The translations under genes and the position numbers were made by a program. Of a stretch of 43,005 bases of DNA, positions 17,013 to 26,871 are shown one piece after another. Position 1 is the first letter of the stretch. The number at the start of each line of letters is the position of its first letter. The DNA comes from Candidatus Methylomirabilis oxygeniifera (lineage in GTDB: Bacteria; Methylomirabilota; Methylomirabilia; Methylomirabilales; Methylomirabilaceae). Location of the stretch: assembly GCA_016190255.1 (NCBI GenBank), contig JACPQX010000037.1, forward strand, positions 1 to 43,005, read 5' to 3'. The notes under the pieces were generated by a model. It ran no database searches. It was given only the letters and a program-made list of their open reading frames with translations, and was not told where the DNA came from.

Positions 17013-17917
17013 ATGCGGAAAGTGGTAATCGGGCTCGTAGGGATCGCGCTGCTCGTGAGCCTCTCTGGTGGCCCGCACCCAAGTGAGGCAGCGGACAGTT
17101 GCAGCGTCAGTGGAGGCTACGACCTGAACGGGTTTGCGCTTGGCGATGCCGAGGTCGTTGGCTCTCTCGTCTTCAGTCCAATCGTCGCTTGCACCGGGGG
17201 AACCTTCGCTGGCACAATCACGATCAGGGTCGATGCCAGCCCCGCAACCGTTGTCCCAGTAAGCGGTACCTACACTGTCGGCAGCGATGCGACTATCACC
17301 ATCACTGCTCCAGGTCTCGTGACACTGACGGGTCGTGTCTCGCAGTTGGCCAACGATCTCGCTAACGCGATCCACACCGTGGGAGATATTGGAGGGGCGA
17401 TCAACGTGGCAGTGACGATGACTCGCAGCGCGCTGAGGGGGGTGGCCACAGTCCTGAACCGCAATGCGAGCGTGTTTACCCTTATCAACTTGCCGACACC
17501 GACCATTGTCTATGCCTTTACCCTGCCCGCGGGCACCCCCTCAGTGGTGGCAGGCTCGTGCGCGGTCGCTTACTGTACGACTACGTCAATAACACCGGCA
17601 GCGGCAAGACCCTGACCATCGAACTGATTCTTGGCGCGACAGTCATCGCTTCCCAGGCGGTCCCGACTACGTCCTCGGCATCAAACAGGCTCGGGGAACT
17701 CGAGTTCGTCGTTGGGGACACCATCGCTTCGAACTTTCAAAATGGCGGGTTCAGAGGCGTTCATGGCGACCCCGGGGGGCCGATACCCCTGATGGCAGTC
17801 GGAACCGGGGGCGAGAACGTCGGGGTCTCTCTGCCGATTCAGATTCGAGTCACACATGGTGTTGCGAGCCCGGACTTGGTCTTTCGTACGCTCTTGGTCG
17901 TTCTCGAGCTGGTGTAG
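17013..17917 (+). pseudogene. Secreted beta-rich protein split by an apparent frameshift (ORFs 17013-17615 and 17558-17917)
   Basis: AGGAGG RBS and signal peptide. Switching frame in the C5 run at 17536-17540 gives the continuous ..FTLPAGT-LSGGRLVRGRLLYDY..LLVVLELV of ~300 aa. Confidence 0.65.
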
Positions 17918-17936
17918 TATTCTGAGTCGGAAGTCC

Positions 17937-18072
17937 GACCCCTCACGCTTCCGTGTCCCCAGCGGGGAGAGGGATACTCACCAGTTCCTCTCGCTCACCG
18001 GAGCGCCCCAGAATAGGGTAGTACGGGCCTTCAGTTTTCTCGCCTCCACCGGGGAAGGGTCAGGGTGAGGGG
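17937..18072. repeat. Empty A-B doublet of the DUF559-associated repeat
   Basis: cccctcacgcttccgtgtccccagcggggagaggga, then inverted ctcgcctccaccggggaagggtcagggtgagggg. Confidence 0.75.
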
Positions 18073-18083
18073 ACGTGAGGCCG

Positions 18084-18836
18084 ATGGGAAGCAAACGTCG
18101 CGGCGGTCGCTGGGGCCACTTGCTTATCCCGGCGCTCCTTGTGGCGATCGTGGCGGGCGGCTACTGGCTGAAGGTCAGCCCGACCTCCGCGATCAGCGGC
18201 AGCGGCGGCCGGGAATCGACCGACACGCTCCTCGCCCGTGGCGTCAGCATGCACAACGCGGGGCAGTACGATGCCGCGCTGGAGGCCTACCGGAAGGTTC
18301 TGGAACGGGAGCCAGCCCACCCCAGGGGCCACTATAACATCGGCCAGATCTACAACATCCGCGGGCAGAATGCCGACGCCCAGCGAGCGTATGAGGCGGC
18401 GCTGAGCGGCGACCCCGGCTTTCTCGACGCCCGGTTGAACCTGGGCGTCGTGCTGTACCGGCAGCGGCAGTTCTCTTCGGCCGCGCATGCGTTCCGGCGC
18501 GTCCTCCAGGTCTCCCCCACGCACCCTCTGGCGCTCTTCAATCTCGGGATCTCCGTCTTGGAATTGGGGCAGACCGACGAGGCGATCCGGTGGCTGCGCG
18601 CGGCACTGCGGGAAGACGTCAAACGGGCCGACACCCACTATTACCTTGGTCTGGCGATGGAGCGACGGGGACGGCTTCCGGAGGCGCGGGCAGCGCTGCT
18701 GAAGGCGATCGAGCTCAACCCGCGCTACGCCGACGGCTACAAGGCGCTCGCGAGGGTGTACCTGGCGCAGGGCGAGAAACGGCTGGCGCTTGAGGCGCTC
18801 GCGAAGACCACGGAGTTGAATCCCGTCTCGAAGTAG
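18084..18836 (+). CDS. Membrane-anchored tetratricopeptide repeat protein
   Basis: N-terminal TM (LLIPALLVAIVAGGYWL), then ~5-6 TPRs (HYNIG, RLNLG, LFNLG, HYYLG). Alternative start GTG18075. Confidence 0.88.
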   Translation: MGSKRRGGRWGHLLIPALLVAIVAGGYWLKVSPTSAISGSGGRESTDTLLARGVSMHNAGQYDAALEAYRKVLEREPAHPRGHYNIGQIYNIRGQNADAQRAYEAALSGDPGFLDARLNLGVVLYRQRQFSSAAHAFRRVLQVSPTHPLALFNLGISVLELGQTDEAIRWLRAALREDVKRADTHYYLGLAMERRGRLPEARAALLKAIELNPRYADGYKALARVYLAQGEKRLALEALAKTTELNPVSK

Positions 18837-18838
18837 TC

Positions 18839-18870
18839 GGGCGCGGCCGGGGCTCGTTTCGGCCGCGTCC
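18839..18870. terminator. GC hairpin between convergent genes
   Basis: gggcgcggccg / cggccgcgtcc, 11-bp stem with one G-U; no U-tract. Confidence 0.4.
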
Positions 18871-18876
18871 CTCTCC

Positions 18877-19875
18877 TCATCCGGGCCTTCTGTCTTCAGG
18901 GTAGGGTGGCTGGCGCAGGCGCGCCTGCAAGGGCTGTTGCGGCGCGTGCTGGACGTCCAACACCAAGGCCTGCAACAACAACTGAAATCCGAGGATCAGG
19001 GGCAGGACCGCGAGCATGACGGTCCCCGTCGGGGTGAGCACGTTCTTCCGGTAGTTCTCGATCCAGTGGTAGAGGCCGAAGGCTACGCCGAACGCGATCA
19101 GCGGAATCCCGCAAACCAGAAAGAGGGAGACGGCGTTGAAATCCCCGACGAAGTAGCGCCAGAGGACCCGTCGGAGTCCATAGCGCAGGCACTGCCACGG
19201 GAATTCGGCCAGCGCCCGGCCGATGCGCAGGCTGCTCCGCTCGATCCCGTAGCGCGCCGGCATCCGGACGTCCTCGACGACGGCGTCGATGCTTCCGAGC
19301 ATGATCAGCATCGAGCTTTCGAAGAAATAGCGGCGGTGAAGCTTCTGCAGATCCAGGGCCGAGAGGGCGGTTCGATGGATAGCGGTGTAGCCGTTCGTGG
19401 GATCGAAGATGCGCCACTGGCCACTGGCGGCCTTGATCAGGAACGATAGTCCCGCGTTGCCGACCTTCCGCAAGGGCGGCATCTGCCGCAACGCCTGCGT
19501 ATCGTGGAAGCGGTTGCCCTTGGCATAATCGGCCCGCCCCGACACCAGCGGTTGGATCAGATCAGCCAGGTACGCCGGGTCCATCTGATCGTCTGCGTCC
19601 ATCTTGACACAGATGTCGATCGCCTGGAGCAGCGCGTGGCGATACCCCGTCACCATCGCGCCGCCGACGCCGAGATTGGTCTCATGCGTCAAGAGGCGGA
19701 CCCGCGGATCGTCGGCGGCGCGCGCCCGAAGCGCCGTTTCATCCGGGCTGGCGTCATCAACGACGTAAATGGCATCGACCCACGCGGGAATAGCGCGCAG
19801 CACCTTCTCGATCGTGTCCGCCGCCATGTACGCGGGGATGATGACGGCAACCCGAAGGCCTTCAGCCACAGCCAT
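18877..19875 (-). CDS. GT2, DPM1/GtrB-like polyprenyl-phosphate sugar synthase
   Basis: VIIPAY, VVDDASPD, KMDADDQMDP, DPTNGYTA, two C-terminal TM helices; GGAGGGG RBS. Confidence 0.88.
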   Translation of the reverse strand: MAVAEGLRVAVIIPAYMAADTIEKVLRAIPAWVDAIYVVDDASPDETALRARAADDPRVRLLTHETNLGVGGAMVTGYRHALLQAIDICVKMDADDQMDPAYLADLIQPLVSGRADYAKGNRFHDTQALRQMPPLRKVGNAGLSFLIKAASGQWRIFDPTNGYTAIHRTALSALDLQKLHRRYFFESSMLIMLGSIDAVVEDVRMPARYGIERSSLRIGRALAEFPWQCLRYGLRRVLWRYFVGDFNAVSLFLVCGIPLIAFGVAFGLYHWIENYRKNVLTPTGTVMLAVLPLILGFQLLLQALVLDVQHAPQQPLQARLRQPPYPEDRRPG

Positions 19876-19950
19876 TATGTTTCCCCTCCGTTCTCTCCGC
19901 GGTAGGATACCACAGATGTCGCGGACAGAGTAGTGTTGCGGTTCACGTCA

Positions 19951-20052
19951 CCCCCTCACCCTGGCCCGCTCCCCCACAGGGGGCGAGGGAAGAGAAGGCC
20001 CACCACCCAGACTCCTCTTCGCCAGTGGTGGGAGAGCACAAAGGTGAGGGGG
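19951..20052. repeat. Empty A-B doublet of the DUF559-associated repeat
   Basis: ccccctcaccctggcccgctcccccacagggggcgaggga, then degenerate inverted ..gggagagcacaaaggtgaggggg. Confidence 0.75.
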
Positions 20053-20102
20053 AGATCGTCAGGATGAAGGGAGCGGCGTGAGATGGGCGGGAGGAAGTGC
20101 GG

Positions 20103-22265
20103 TCAGGCTCGCGACGAGAAGAGCGTGTCGAGGCGTGCGAACCGGCGTCTGAGGGAGACCGTGGCCAGCAGGGTGAAGGCGCCGAGAATGAGCAGCACGG
20201 TTCTGTAGAGCGGGGACCGGTACTCCGCCTTGACCTGGTGCGCGCCGCCAGGAACCTCGACCCCGATGAAGCTGGGCGAGACCATGAAGGATTGCGCCCG
20301 CTGTCCGTCGATGGTGACGCGCCAATTCGGATGATACGTCGTCTTCAGGACGAGAGTGGAGGCCACGCGACACTCCACCTGGAGGTCGATCCGGCCTCGC
20401 AGCACACGCTCCCCCCCGATCCGCCAGCCGCCGGGGCATTCCTGGATCGCGGGCGGTTCTGAGTGGGTCTCTCCCGAAGCGTACGCATATCTGACGAATC
20501 TCCCCAAGGGCGGGTCAGCGCCCAGCAGCCAGGCCTTATTCCGGGAGAAGAGGCTCGATTGGGAGTCGATGCTCTTGCTGCCGGTGATCGCCGCGTACCG
20601 GGCGTACCCACTGGTTTCGGCCCGGTACAGGGTGTACCGAGGCGTCTCCTTCAGTCGGCGGAGGAAGGTGGGCATGGGGAAATTGCGTGGCGCCACTACG
20701 TACCGTACGTTGAACAAGTCGTAGTGGGTAGGGTTGTGATCGGCGAAGTGCCAGATCAGGTCGGCGTTGAGCGACCAGGATGAGTAGGGGGGCGAGAGGG
20801 CGACGATCCGGTGGAAGGTCAGCAGGTCGTAGAAATGGAGATCGCCGAACTGAAGCCCCTTTCCCCAGTTCGCCCGCAGCCCGGCATAGGTTCGGCCCGG
20901 CGGCAGATCCTTGAGCGCCGACAGGATCGTGCGGGCATCAGGGTCGTCGTCGAGGGCCCTCCTCGCGCGCTCCATCCATTGCGCGTTCAACCCGTAGAAT
21001 CGGTGTCGCTCCCGCAGGGCCGGGACCATGAGGGTCAGCAGGAGCGCCCCTGCGGCCACGGCGCGCCAGCGCTCCGGCAACGGCCCCAACCGGCGCCAGA
21101 GCCATTCGCCGCCAAGGCCGATCAGGAAGATCGCCGCGAGATGCACGCCCCCGACGAACCGGTGGAACAGGAGTCCCTCGTGCATGGGCAGGAGATTTGC
21201 CAGTGTTCCCCACGTGTGGCGGCCGAAGTAGAGCGCCAGCCAGACGAGAAGGAGAACGAGTGCCACCAGCGCGGGCCGCGCGCGATCGAGGAGGGCGGCC
21301 GAGACCCCAAGGGCCAGCAGCAGCGTCAGGACCGGCAGCCGCCCGTAATCCAGAAGGTCGCCATTGACCAGCCACGTGGTGATGTCCCCGGCCCCGAAGG
21401 AGTCGTACTTCCAACGCTGCAGGTATGGGCTCGCGCTCAGGTATGCCTTCAAGAGCAGGAAGGGGAGCCAGAAATAGGAGGTGATCAACGCCGCCAGCGC
21501 GCCAGCGACGGCAAGCCGGCCGATACGTGGGCGAGCGTTCGCCCGGTTGAGCCCGACGGCGAGGAGCGCCAGCGCCGTCACCGCCATCATATAGGCGTAC
21601 ACCAGATGCGACATGGCCAATAGCGTGGAGGAGATGACGGCCGCGACGTAGCCCGTGCCCCTCTCCATCAGATGATTGAAGCAGGCCAGCGTGATGAAGA
21701 ATAGGTGCATCGCCCAGAGCTGCGTGTACATCCCGAAGCCGCGCCAGACATAGCTGTTGTATTCGAAGCCGTAGCGATCATTCGACGAGAGAAGCGCTGC
21801 GCTCCCGGCCGCAACCGCCCCCGCCACCCTGGAGAACCCCAGTCGCCGCATCGACCAGTACACGGTCAGCGGGAAGCCGACCAACAGGAGGTATCGGATC
21901 AGATTGAAGAGCGTCAAAAGGTCCATCTGTTTCAGGAGCAGGCGGTGCAGGAACACCACGGTCAAGTGCGGCAGGTGCTGGTAATAGAAGAACTGCGGGA
22001 AGCCGAGCTCAAGTTCCGGGCCCCAGTGGTCGAACGGGTTCTCGCCGGCCGCCAGCGCCTCGCTGGCCCGCTGGACGAACAGGTAGTGAACGGCGCCGTC
22101 GTTCAGGCTCGGGATCGGCAGGCGCAGCTCTGGCAGCAGCGCGACCGAGTTGAAGGCGATGGGGACGCAGACGAAGAGCAGGAGGACCGGCGTTCCCCAC
22201 CGGCCGGGTGAATCGCCTGCCGCCCTCTTGGGATCGTCAGAAGGAGAGCGATCGGTCCTTGCCAT
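20103..22265 (-). CDS. YfhO-like polytopic GT-C membrane protein
   Basis: DGAVHY..W.PELELGFPQFFYY, many TM helices, LFNVRYVV, YHPNWRVTIDG..GVEVPGGAHQV, final TM. GGAGGAG RBS before ATG22265. Confidence 0.8.
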   Translation of the reverse strand: MARTDRSPSDDPKRAAGDSPGRWGTPVLLLFVCVPIAFNSVALLPELRLPIPSLNDGAVHYLFVQRASEALAAGENPFDHWGPELELGFPQFFYYQHLPHLTVVFLHRLLLKQMDLLTLFNLIRYLLLVGFPLTVYWSMRRLGFSRVAGAVAAGSAALLSSNDRYGFEYNSYVWRGFGMYTQLWAMHLFFITLACFNHLMERGTGYVAAVISSTLLAMSHLVYAYMMAVTALALLAVGLNRANARPRIGRLAVAGALAALITSYFWLPFLLLKAYLSASPYLQRWKYDSFGAGDITTWLVNGDLLDYGRLPVLTLLLALGVSAALLDRARPALVALVLLLVWLALYFGRHTWGTLANLLPMHEGLLFHRFVGGVHLAAIFLIGLGGEWLWRRLGPLPERWRAVAAGALLLTLMVPALRERHRFYGLNAQWMERARRALDDDPDARTILSALKDLPPGRTYAGLRANWGKGLQFGDLHFYDLLTFHRIVALSPPYSSWSLNADLIWHFADHNPTHYDLFNVRYVVAPRNFPMPTFLRRLKETPRYTLYRAETSGYARYAAITGSKSIDSQSSLFSRNKAWLLGADPPLGRFVRYAYASGETHSEPPAIQECPGGWRIGGERVLRGRIDLQVECRVASTLVLKTTYHPNWRVTIDGQRAQSFMVSPSFIGVEVPGGAHQVKAEYRSPLYRTVLLILGAFTLLATVSLRRRFARLDTLFSSRA

Positions 22266-22564
22266 GGAATCCAGCTCCTCCGGCAGCCCCATCTTCGGGA
22301 TGCCGGTTCCGATGGGCCGACGGTCCGTGCCATCTCTGGCAGGGGCCACGCGAGTGATCAACCGCGTCAGGAACGACGATCGGGCAGAGGAGGTACCACG
22401 TGGGGGAGGCAAACAGCTCTATTAAGGGGTGATGGCGCTCGGGACACATCCGAGCCTTTCTAGCCTATCTCGCTATGCGGTGTCAAGGAAAACGCTCAGG
22501 TCGCCCTGCCGGCGGTGGCGCGGCTCGAACGGATCGTGATGGGGTCCTGGGGCTTCCTGCATGC

Positions 22565-22594
22565 TTGACCCGGGAGATATGACTTTGGTATTCT
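22565..22594 (+). promoter_or_regulatory. sigma70-type promoter with extended -10
   Basis: TTGACC (22565-22570), 18 nt, TG-n-TATTCT (22589-22594). Confidence 0.6.
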
Positions 22595-22650
22595 CGGCCA
22601 TGCGGAGCGCCATCGATCCGCGTCGAAGGGAGCTCCTGCACACCGGTTCT

Positions 22651-22687
22651 CCCCTCACCCTCACCTGCTCCTGCAGGTGGGAGAAGG
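22651..22687 (+). repeat. Solo A unit of the DUF559-associated repeat
   Basis: cccctcaccctcacctgctcctgcaggtgggagaagg, located in a predicted 5' UTR. Confidence 0.6.
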
Positions 22688-22743
22688 CGCGAGCGGGGGT
22701 GAACCCGAACCATGACCTTCACGCTGCACGATGAGGGCCGGCG

Positions 22744-25032
22744 ATGAACATCTGCTTTATTAGCCGGGAGTATCCGCCGGAGCAGTCGTTCGGTGGAATC
22801 GGCACCCATGTCTATAACCTGTCGCATGGCATGGCAGAGAACGGCCATGACGTTGATGTCATCTGCCTGACCGAGCGGAATGAGCGGACATATACCGATC
22901 ATGGCGTCAGGGTGCACCGGACTCGGCCTATCGACATCCGTTCCAGGCTGCCCGAATATCGGTTCAGCCGGCTGGGTTCCGCGCTGAACAGGTGGGGGTA
23001 CAGCCTGGCGTTTTGGAAAAAACTTGAAGAACTCGCCAGGCAGCGAACGATCGATCTGCTGGATACGGGAGAGCTGTTTTCGGACGCGTTCTTCAACGGC
23101 GTGACTGAGCGGTTCCCCCAGATCGTCAGGCTCTACACCCCCCTGTTTTGGTTGGCGGACAACGGCTTCCACGGCATCGAATGGAACGCGGAGACCGAGA
23201 TCCTGGCTGAGCTGGAGACGTTCTGCTCTCTGCGCTCCCAGAAGATCACCTCTCCGAGCGCAAACCTGGCCAGGATTGTGGCGAATCGTTGGGGCGTTCC
23301 GCTTCACGATATCGACATCGTTCCCAATCCCGTGGATACCACTCTTTTCAGTCCTGCGGCCGATGGGATCGGAAGGGGGGGCGACGGCCCCGTCGTCCTG
23401 TTCGTCGGGCGACTCGACAAGCGAAAGGGGGTCGAGTCGCTACTAAGAGCGATCCCATCGGTCGCCGGGAGAATCGAGAAGGCGCGCTTCAGGATCATCG
23501 GCTCGTTGAACCCGTACGATCATTCGTACGACGCCGAATTCGCGTCGTTGATGCTCGATCTTCAGCGGAGCGGCCTGGATGACCGTGTGGAGCGTGTCGA
23601 TCGGGCCGATCACTTCTCGATGCCTGCCCACTATCAGGCCGCTGATCTGTGCGTGGTTCCCTCGCTCTATGACAACTCGCCGAATACGGCGATCGAGGCC
23701 ATGTCGTGCGGAAAGCCGGTTGTGGGAACGCGTGTTGGTGGCATCCCGGAATACGTCCCGGATGGGGTCTGCGGATCGCTGGTCGCGCCCGGGAACCCAT
23801 TCGAGCTGGCGAACGCCGTCATCGCGCTCCTGCAGGACGACGCCCTCAGGGCAACCATGGGACGGAACGCCAGAGAGCGGGCCCTCCGCCTCTATGATCG
23901 CCGGGTGGTCGCGAGGCGGACGGAGCGACTCTACCATCAGGTTCTGGAACGGTTTGGAAAGGGGGAGCGAGTTGAGACGCTCCGGATGCTGTTGTCGACC
24001 GGCGCCGGGACGACCACGCTGAGAGATCCGGCGCCGATACCACCCATCCGAGCGGCCAGTCAAGGCATAGAAGCGAATCCGTTGGTCAGCGTCATCATGG
24101 TCAATTACAATTGCGGGGCGTTTCTCGACCTGATTTTTCCTTCCCTATTTGGCCAGCGCTACGAGAACTTCGAGGTGATCGTCGTTGATAACGGGTCAAC
24201 CGATGGCTCGGTTGACAGGATCCGGAATGAGTATTCCTCCGCCAGGGTGATCGAGCTCGGCGTCAACACCGGGTTCAGCCACGCCAATAACGTGGGGATC
24301 CGGGAGGCGAAGGGCGAGTTGATTCTGACGGTGAATTTCGACGTCGCGCTGGAGAACGATTTTATCGGCGAGCTGGTGTCCGCGATTCAGACGGATGAAC
24401 GGGTCGGCTGGGCGGCGGGATACGTCCTGAAATTGGCCACGTATGGCCTGACGGGAGAGATCGACTGCAGCGGGCATTATATGACTCGAAGCCGGTACGC
24501 GCACGGGTTCGATCTGTCGAAGCCGTTTCGCCGCGCCGACTATTTCAGCCCAGCCTATGTCTTCGGCGCCTCGGCGTGCGCGGCCCTGTATCGCCGGGCG
24601 ATGCTGGAGGATATCGCGGTTGACGGCGAGGTGTTTGACGAAGACTTCTTCGCCTACTTCGAGGACGTGGATCTGGATTGGCGGGCGCAGCAACGTGGGT
24701 GGAAGTGCCGCTACACCCCTCTGGCCCTCGGCTACCATATGCGGGGCGGGACCGGCCTGATCAAGAGGCCCGAGGTCGCGGCCCTCGAGCTGTCGAATCG
24801 ATTCTTGATGATGATCAAGAACGACACCGGATCACTGCTCCTGCGCGACCTCCTCCACGTGTTCAAGCGAACCATCAGGGACGTTCTGGAGAACCTCGAG
24901 AAGAATCCTCGAGCGGTTCCGATCGCGGTGGCGCGTGTCGCGCGTTATGCCCCGAAGATGTGGAAAAAGCGACGGATCATCAGGGGCCGGGCGGTCGCCT
25001 CATCGGGTCATCTGAGGACGTTTATTCGATAG
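22744..25032 (+). CDS. GT4-GT2 fusion glycosyltransferase
   Basis: N half: ISREYPP..GGIGT, FVGRLDKRKG, EAMSCG. C half: VSVIMVNYN, DNGSTDGS, FDEDFFAYFEDVD. Confidence 0.9.
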   Translation: MNICFISREYPPEQSFGGIGTHVYNLSHGMAENGHDVDVICLTERNERTYTDHGVRVHRTRPIDIRSRLPEYRFSRLGSALNRWGYSLAFWKKLEELARQRTIDLLDTGELFSDAFFNGVTERFPQIVRLYTPLFWLADNGFHGIEWNAETEILAELETFCSLRSQKITSPSANLARIVANRWGVPLHDIDIVPNPVDTTLFSPAADGIGRGGDGPVVLFVGRLDKRKGVESLLRAIPSVAGRIEKARFRIIGSLNPYDHSYDAEFASLMLDLQRSGLDDRVERVDRADHFSMPAHYQAADLCVVPSLYDNSPNTAIEAMSCGKPVVGTRVGGIPEYVPDGVCGSLVAPGNPFELANAVIALLQDDALRATMGRNARERALRLYDRRVVARRTERLYHQVLERFGKGERVETLRMLLSTGAGTTTLRDPAPIPPIRAASQGIEANPLVSVIMVNYNCGAFLDLIFPSLFGQRYENFEVIVVDNGSTDGSVDRIRNEYSSARVIELGVNTGFSHANNVGIREAKGELILTVNFDVALENDFIGELVSAIQTDERVGWAAGYVLKLATYGLTGEIDCSGHYMTRSRYAHGFDLSKPFRRADYFSPAYVFGASACAALYRRAMLEDIAVDGEVFDEDFFAYFEDVDLDWRAQQRGWKCRYTPLALGYHMRGGTGLIKRPEVAALELSNRFLMMIKNDTGSLLLRDLLHVFKRTIRDVLENLEKNPRAVPIAVARVARYAPKMWKKRRIIRGRAVASSGHLRTFIR

Positions 25033-25054
25033 GTCGAGACGACGGGTGGGGACG

Positions 25055-26854
25055 ATGGGGAAAGTATCCGCGGGCGGGGAATTGGCTCCCGACGGCGCGA
25101 TCCGCCGGATACTGGTGTTCAGATCCGGGAACCTGCCCTTTGCGTCGCGGGTGGTCAGACATCTCCGCGCTCGCTTCGAGGGCGCGGAGATCACGATGAT
25201 GCTGCCGGTCCACCACGCCGAATTCTTCCGGGGCGGCGCCAGACCGGATCATTTCTGCCTGTACGATAAACCTCACGACGGGGCGCTCGCCTCGGCGTGG
25301 AGGATCGTATCCGAATTGCGGTCGCGGCGGTACGATCTTCTGGTGATCCCGGCCCCGGACGGCATGAGCCTCGCCCGTCTTCGATCCGAGATCCTCCTGT
25401 CGATCGTTCTCCGGGCCAGGCGCCGCGTGGTCATCGGTGAGCGTCTCGAACTGGTCGCGCTGTCACTCTCAAGACAGCTTGTCGTCTGTGCCGACTGGGC
25501 CGTCTCATTGATGGCGCTCGCTGTCGCCGTCCCCGCCACAAAGGCCCTCCTGGCGATCTACACGCCCCCCCCGGGGACGCAGGCGAGGCTGAGGCACCGT
25601 CGCCGCAGTGGTGCGGGGAGGGTGGCGGTGCTTGTGCCCATCCTTCCGGACTTGTCCCACACCTTCGTCTATCGCGAGGTGCTTGGGATGCGACAGAACG
25701 GGGGCGCCTTCGCGCTGATCGCCCTGGAGAAGGGGGACACCTCCATCATCCACCCGGAAGCCCAGGCGCTGCTGCAGACGGCCATCTTTCCTCCGGACCT
25801 CTCCACTGCGCGATACCTGTTGTCCTATCTCCAGTTCCTGATCAGAAGTCCGAGGCGAATGGCGCGGCTGATTCATTTATACCTTCCCTCGAGCCGGGGG
25901 GACGTGCTCCTGTTCCTGCGAGTGGAACAGTACCAGAATATCTGTCATCCAGTGCGTGCCCTCGCGCTCGCCAAACACCTGAAACGGTTGAAGATCACAC
26001 ACATTCACGCGCACGGATCGACCTATCCGGCCACCCGGGCAATGGCGTCGTCCATTCTGCTTGATGCGAGCTTCAGTTTCAGCACCTTCGTTGATTTCGA
26101 CTATGAGACCGATTTCAAGATGTTGCATGAGAAGGTCAGGTTGGCGGAGTTCGTCATCACCACCACGCACTTCTGCGTAGACCGGCTGCTGTCCCTCACG
26201 TCCGAGGAGTATAAATCGAAGATTCACACCGTCTACCTCAGCATCGATCCGGACTATGGGAAGGACGTCCTGCCGCCATCACCCACCCCCGCAACGACCC
26301 TCCTGTCGGTCGGCCGGCTCGTCGAAAAGAAAGGCCTGAGGTACCTGCTGAGGGCCTGCGCGATCCTGAAGGAGAGGGGAGAGCTGTTCAGGTGTCTCGT
26401 CGTCGGGGATGGTCCGGAAAGGGACACCCTGGACTCGTTGGTCAAGCGACTTGACCTGAACGGGAGCGTCGAGTTGGCAGGTCCGATGCCGAATGAGAAG
26501 GTGCGTGGGTTAATGAATCCGGGCGACATCCTGGTGGCGCCCTCCATTTACGTCGGCGATGGGGAACGGGACGGGATCCCAACCGTCCTCGTCGAAGCGA
26601 TGGCCTGCGGGATGGCCGTGGTCTCGACATGCGTGTCCGGCATCCCAGAACTGGTCGTGAATGAGCACAACGGGCTGTTGGTACCGGAGCGGGATGACGT
26701 CGCGCTCGCGGATGCGATACAGCGGCTGTTGCGCGACCCGAGGCTACGCGAATCACTCGGTCGCCGGGGACAGCAGCGCGTGCGATCCGATTTCAACATC
26801 CGCGACAGCTCCCATCGGCTCTGGTCGCTGATTCAGCGGGCGAGCCAATCGTAA
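25055..26854 (+). CDS. GT4 (WcaL-like), paralog of 13852-15675
   Basis: PILPDLSHTFVYREV, SVGRLVEKKG, DGERDGIPTVLVEAMACG. Alternative start GTG25046. Confidence 0.88.
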   Translation: MGKVSAGGELAPDGAIRRILVFRSGNLPFASRVVRHLRARFEGAEITMMLPVHHAEFFRGGARPDHFCLYDKPHDGALASAWRIVSELRSRRYDLLVIPAPDGMSLARLRSEILLSIVLRARRRVVIGERLELVALSLSRQLVVCADWAVSLMALAVAVPATKALLAIYTPPPGTQARLRHRRRSGAGRVAVLVPILPDLSHTFVYREVLGMRQNGGAFALIALEKGDTSIIHPEAQALLQTAIFPPDLSTARYLLSYLQFLIRSPRRMARLIHLYLPSSRGDVLLFLRVEQYQNICHPVRALALAKHLKRLKITHIHAHGSTYPATRAMASSILLDASFSFSTFVDFDYETDFKMLHEKVRLAEFVITTTHFCVDRLLSLTSEEYKSKIHTVYLSIDPDYGKDVLPPSPTPATTLLSVGRLVEKKGLRYLLRACAILKERGELFRCLVVGDGPERDTLDSLVKRLDLNGSVELAGPMPNEKVRGLMNPGDILVAPSIYVGDGERDGIPTVLVEAMACGMAVVSTCVSGIPELVVNEHNGLLVPERDDVALADAIQRLLRDPRLRESLGRRGQQRVRSDFNIRDSSHRLWSLIQRASQS

Positions 26855-26871
26855 CGGGCTCGGGCGAGAGG

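Noticed and set aside
22457-22486. Minus-strand TTGACA as promoter for the YfhO-like gene
   Set aside because: The -10 at 17-18 nt spacing is poor (TAGAAA); plausible but unsupported.
22701-22734. Weak period-6 pattern (gaaccc gaacca tgacct tcacgc tgcacg), similar at 16861-16880
   Set aside because: Too short and degenerate to separate from chance.
24637-24657. Exact match gacgaagacttcttcgcctac, also near 32184
   Set aside because: Encodes the conserved DEDFFAY motif of two GT2 paralogs; not a mobile repeat.
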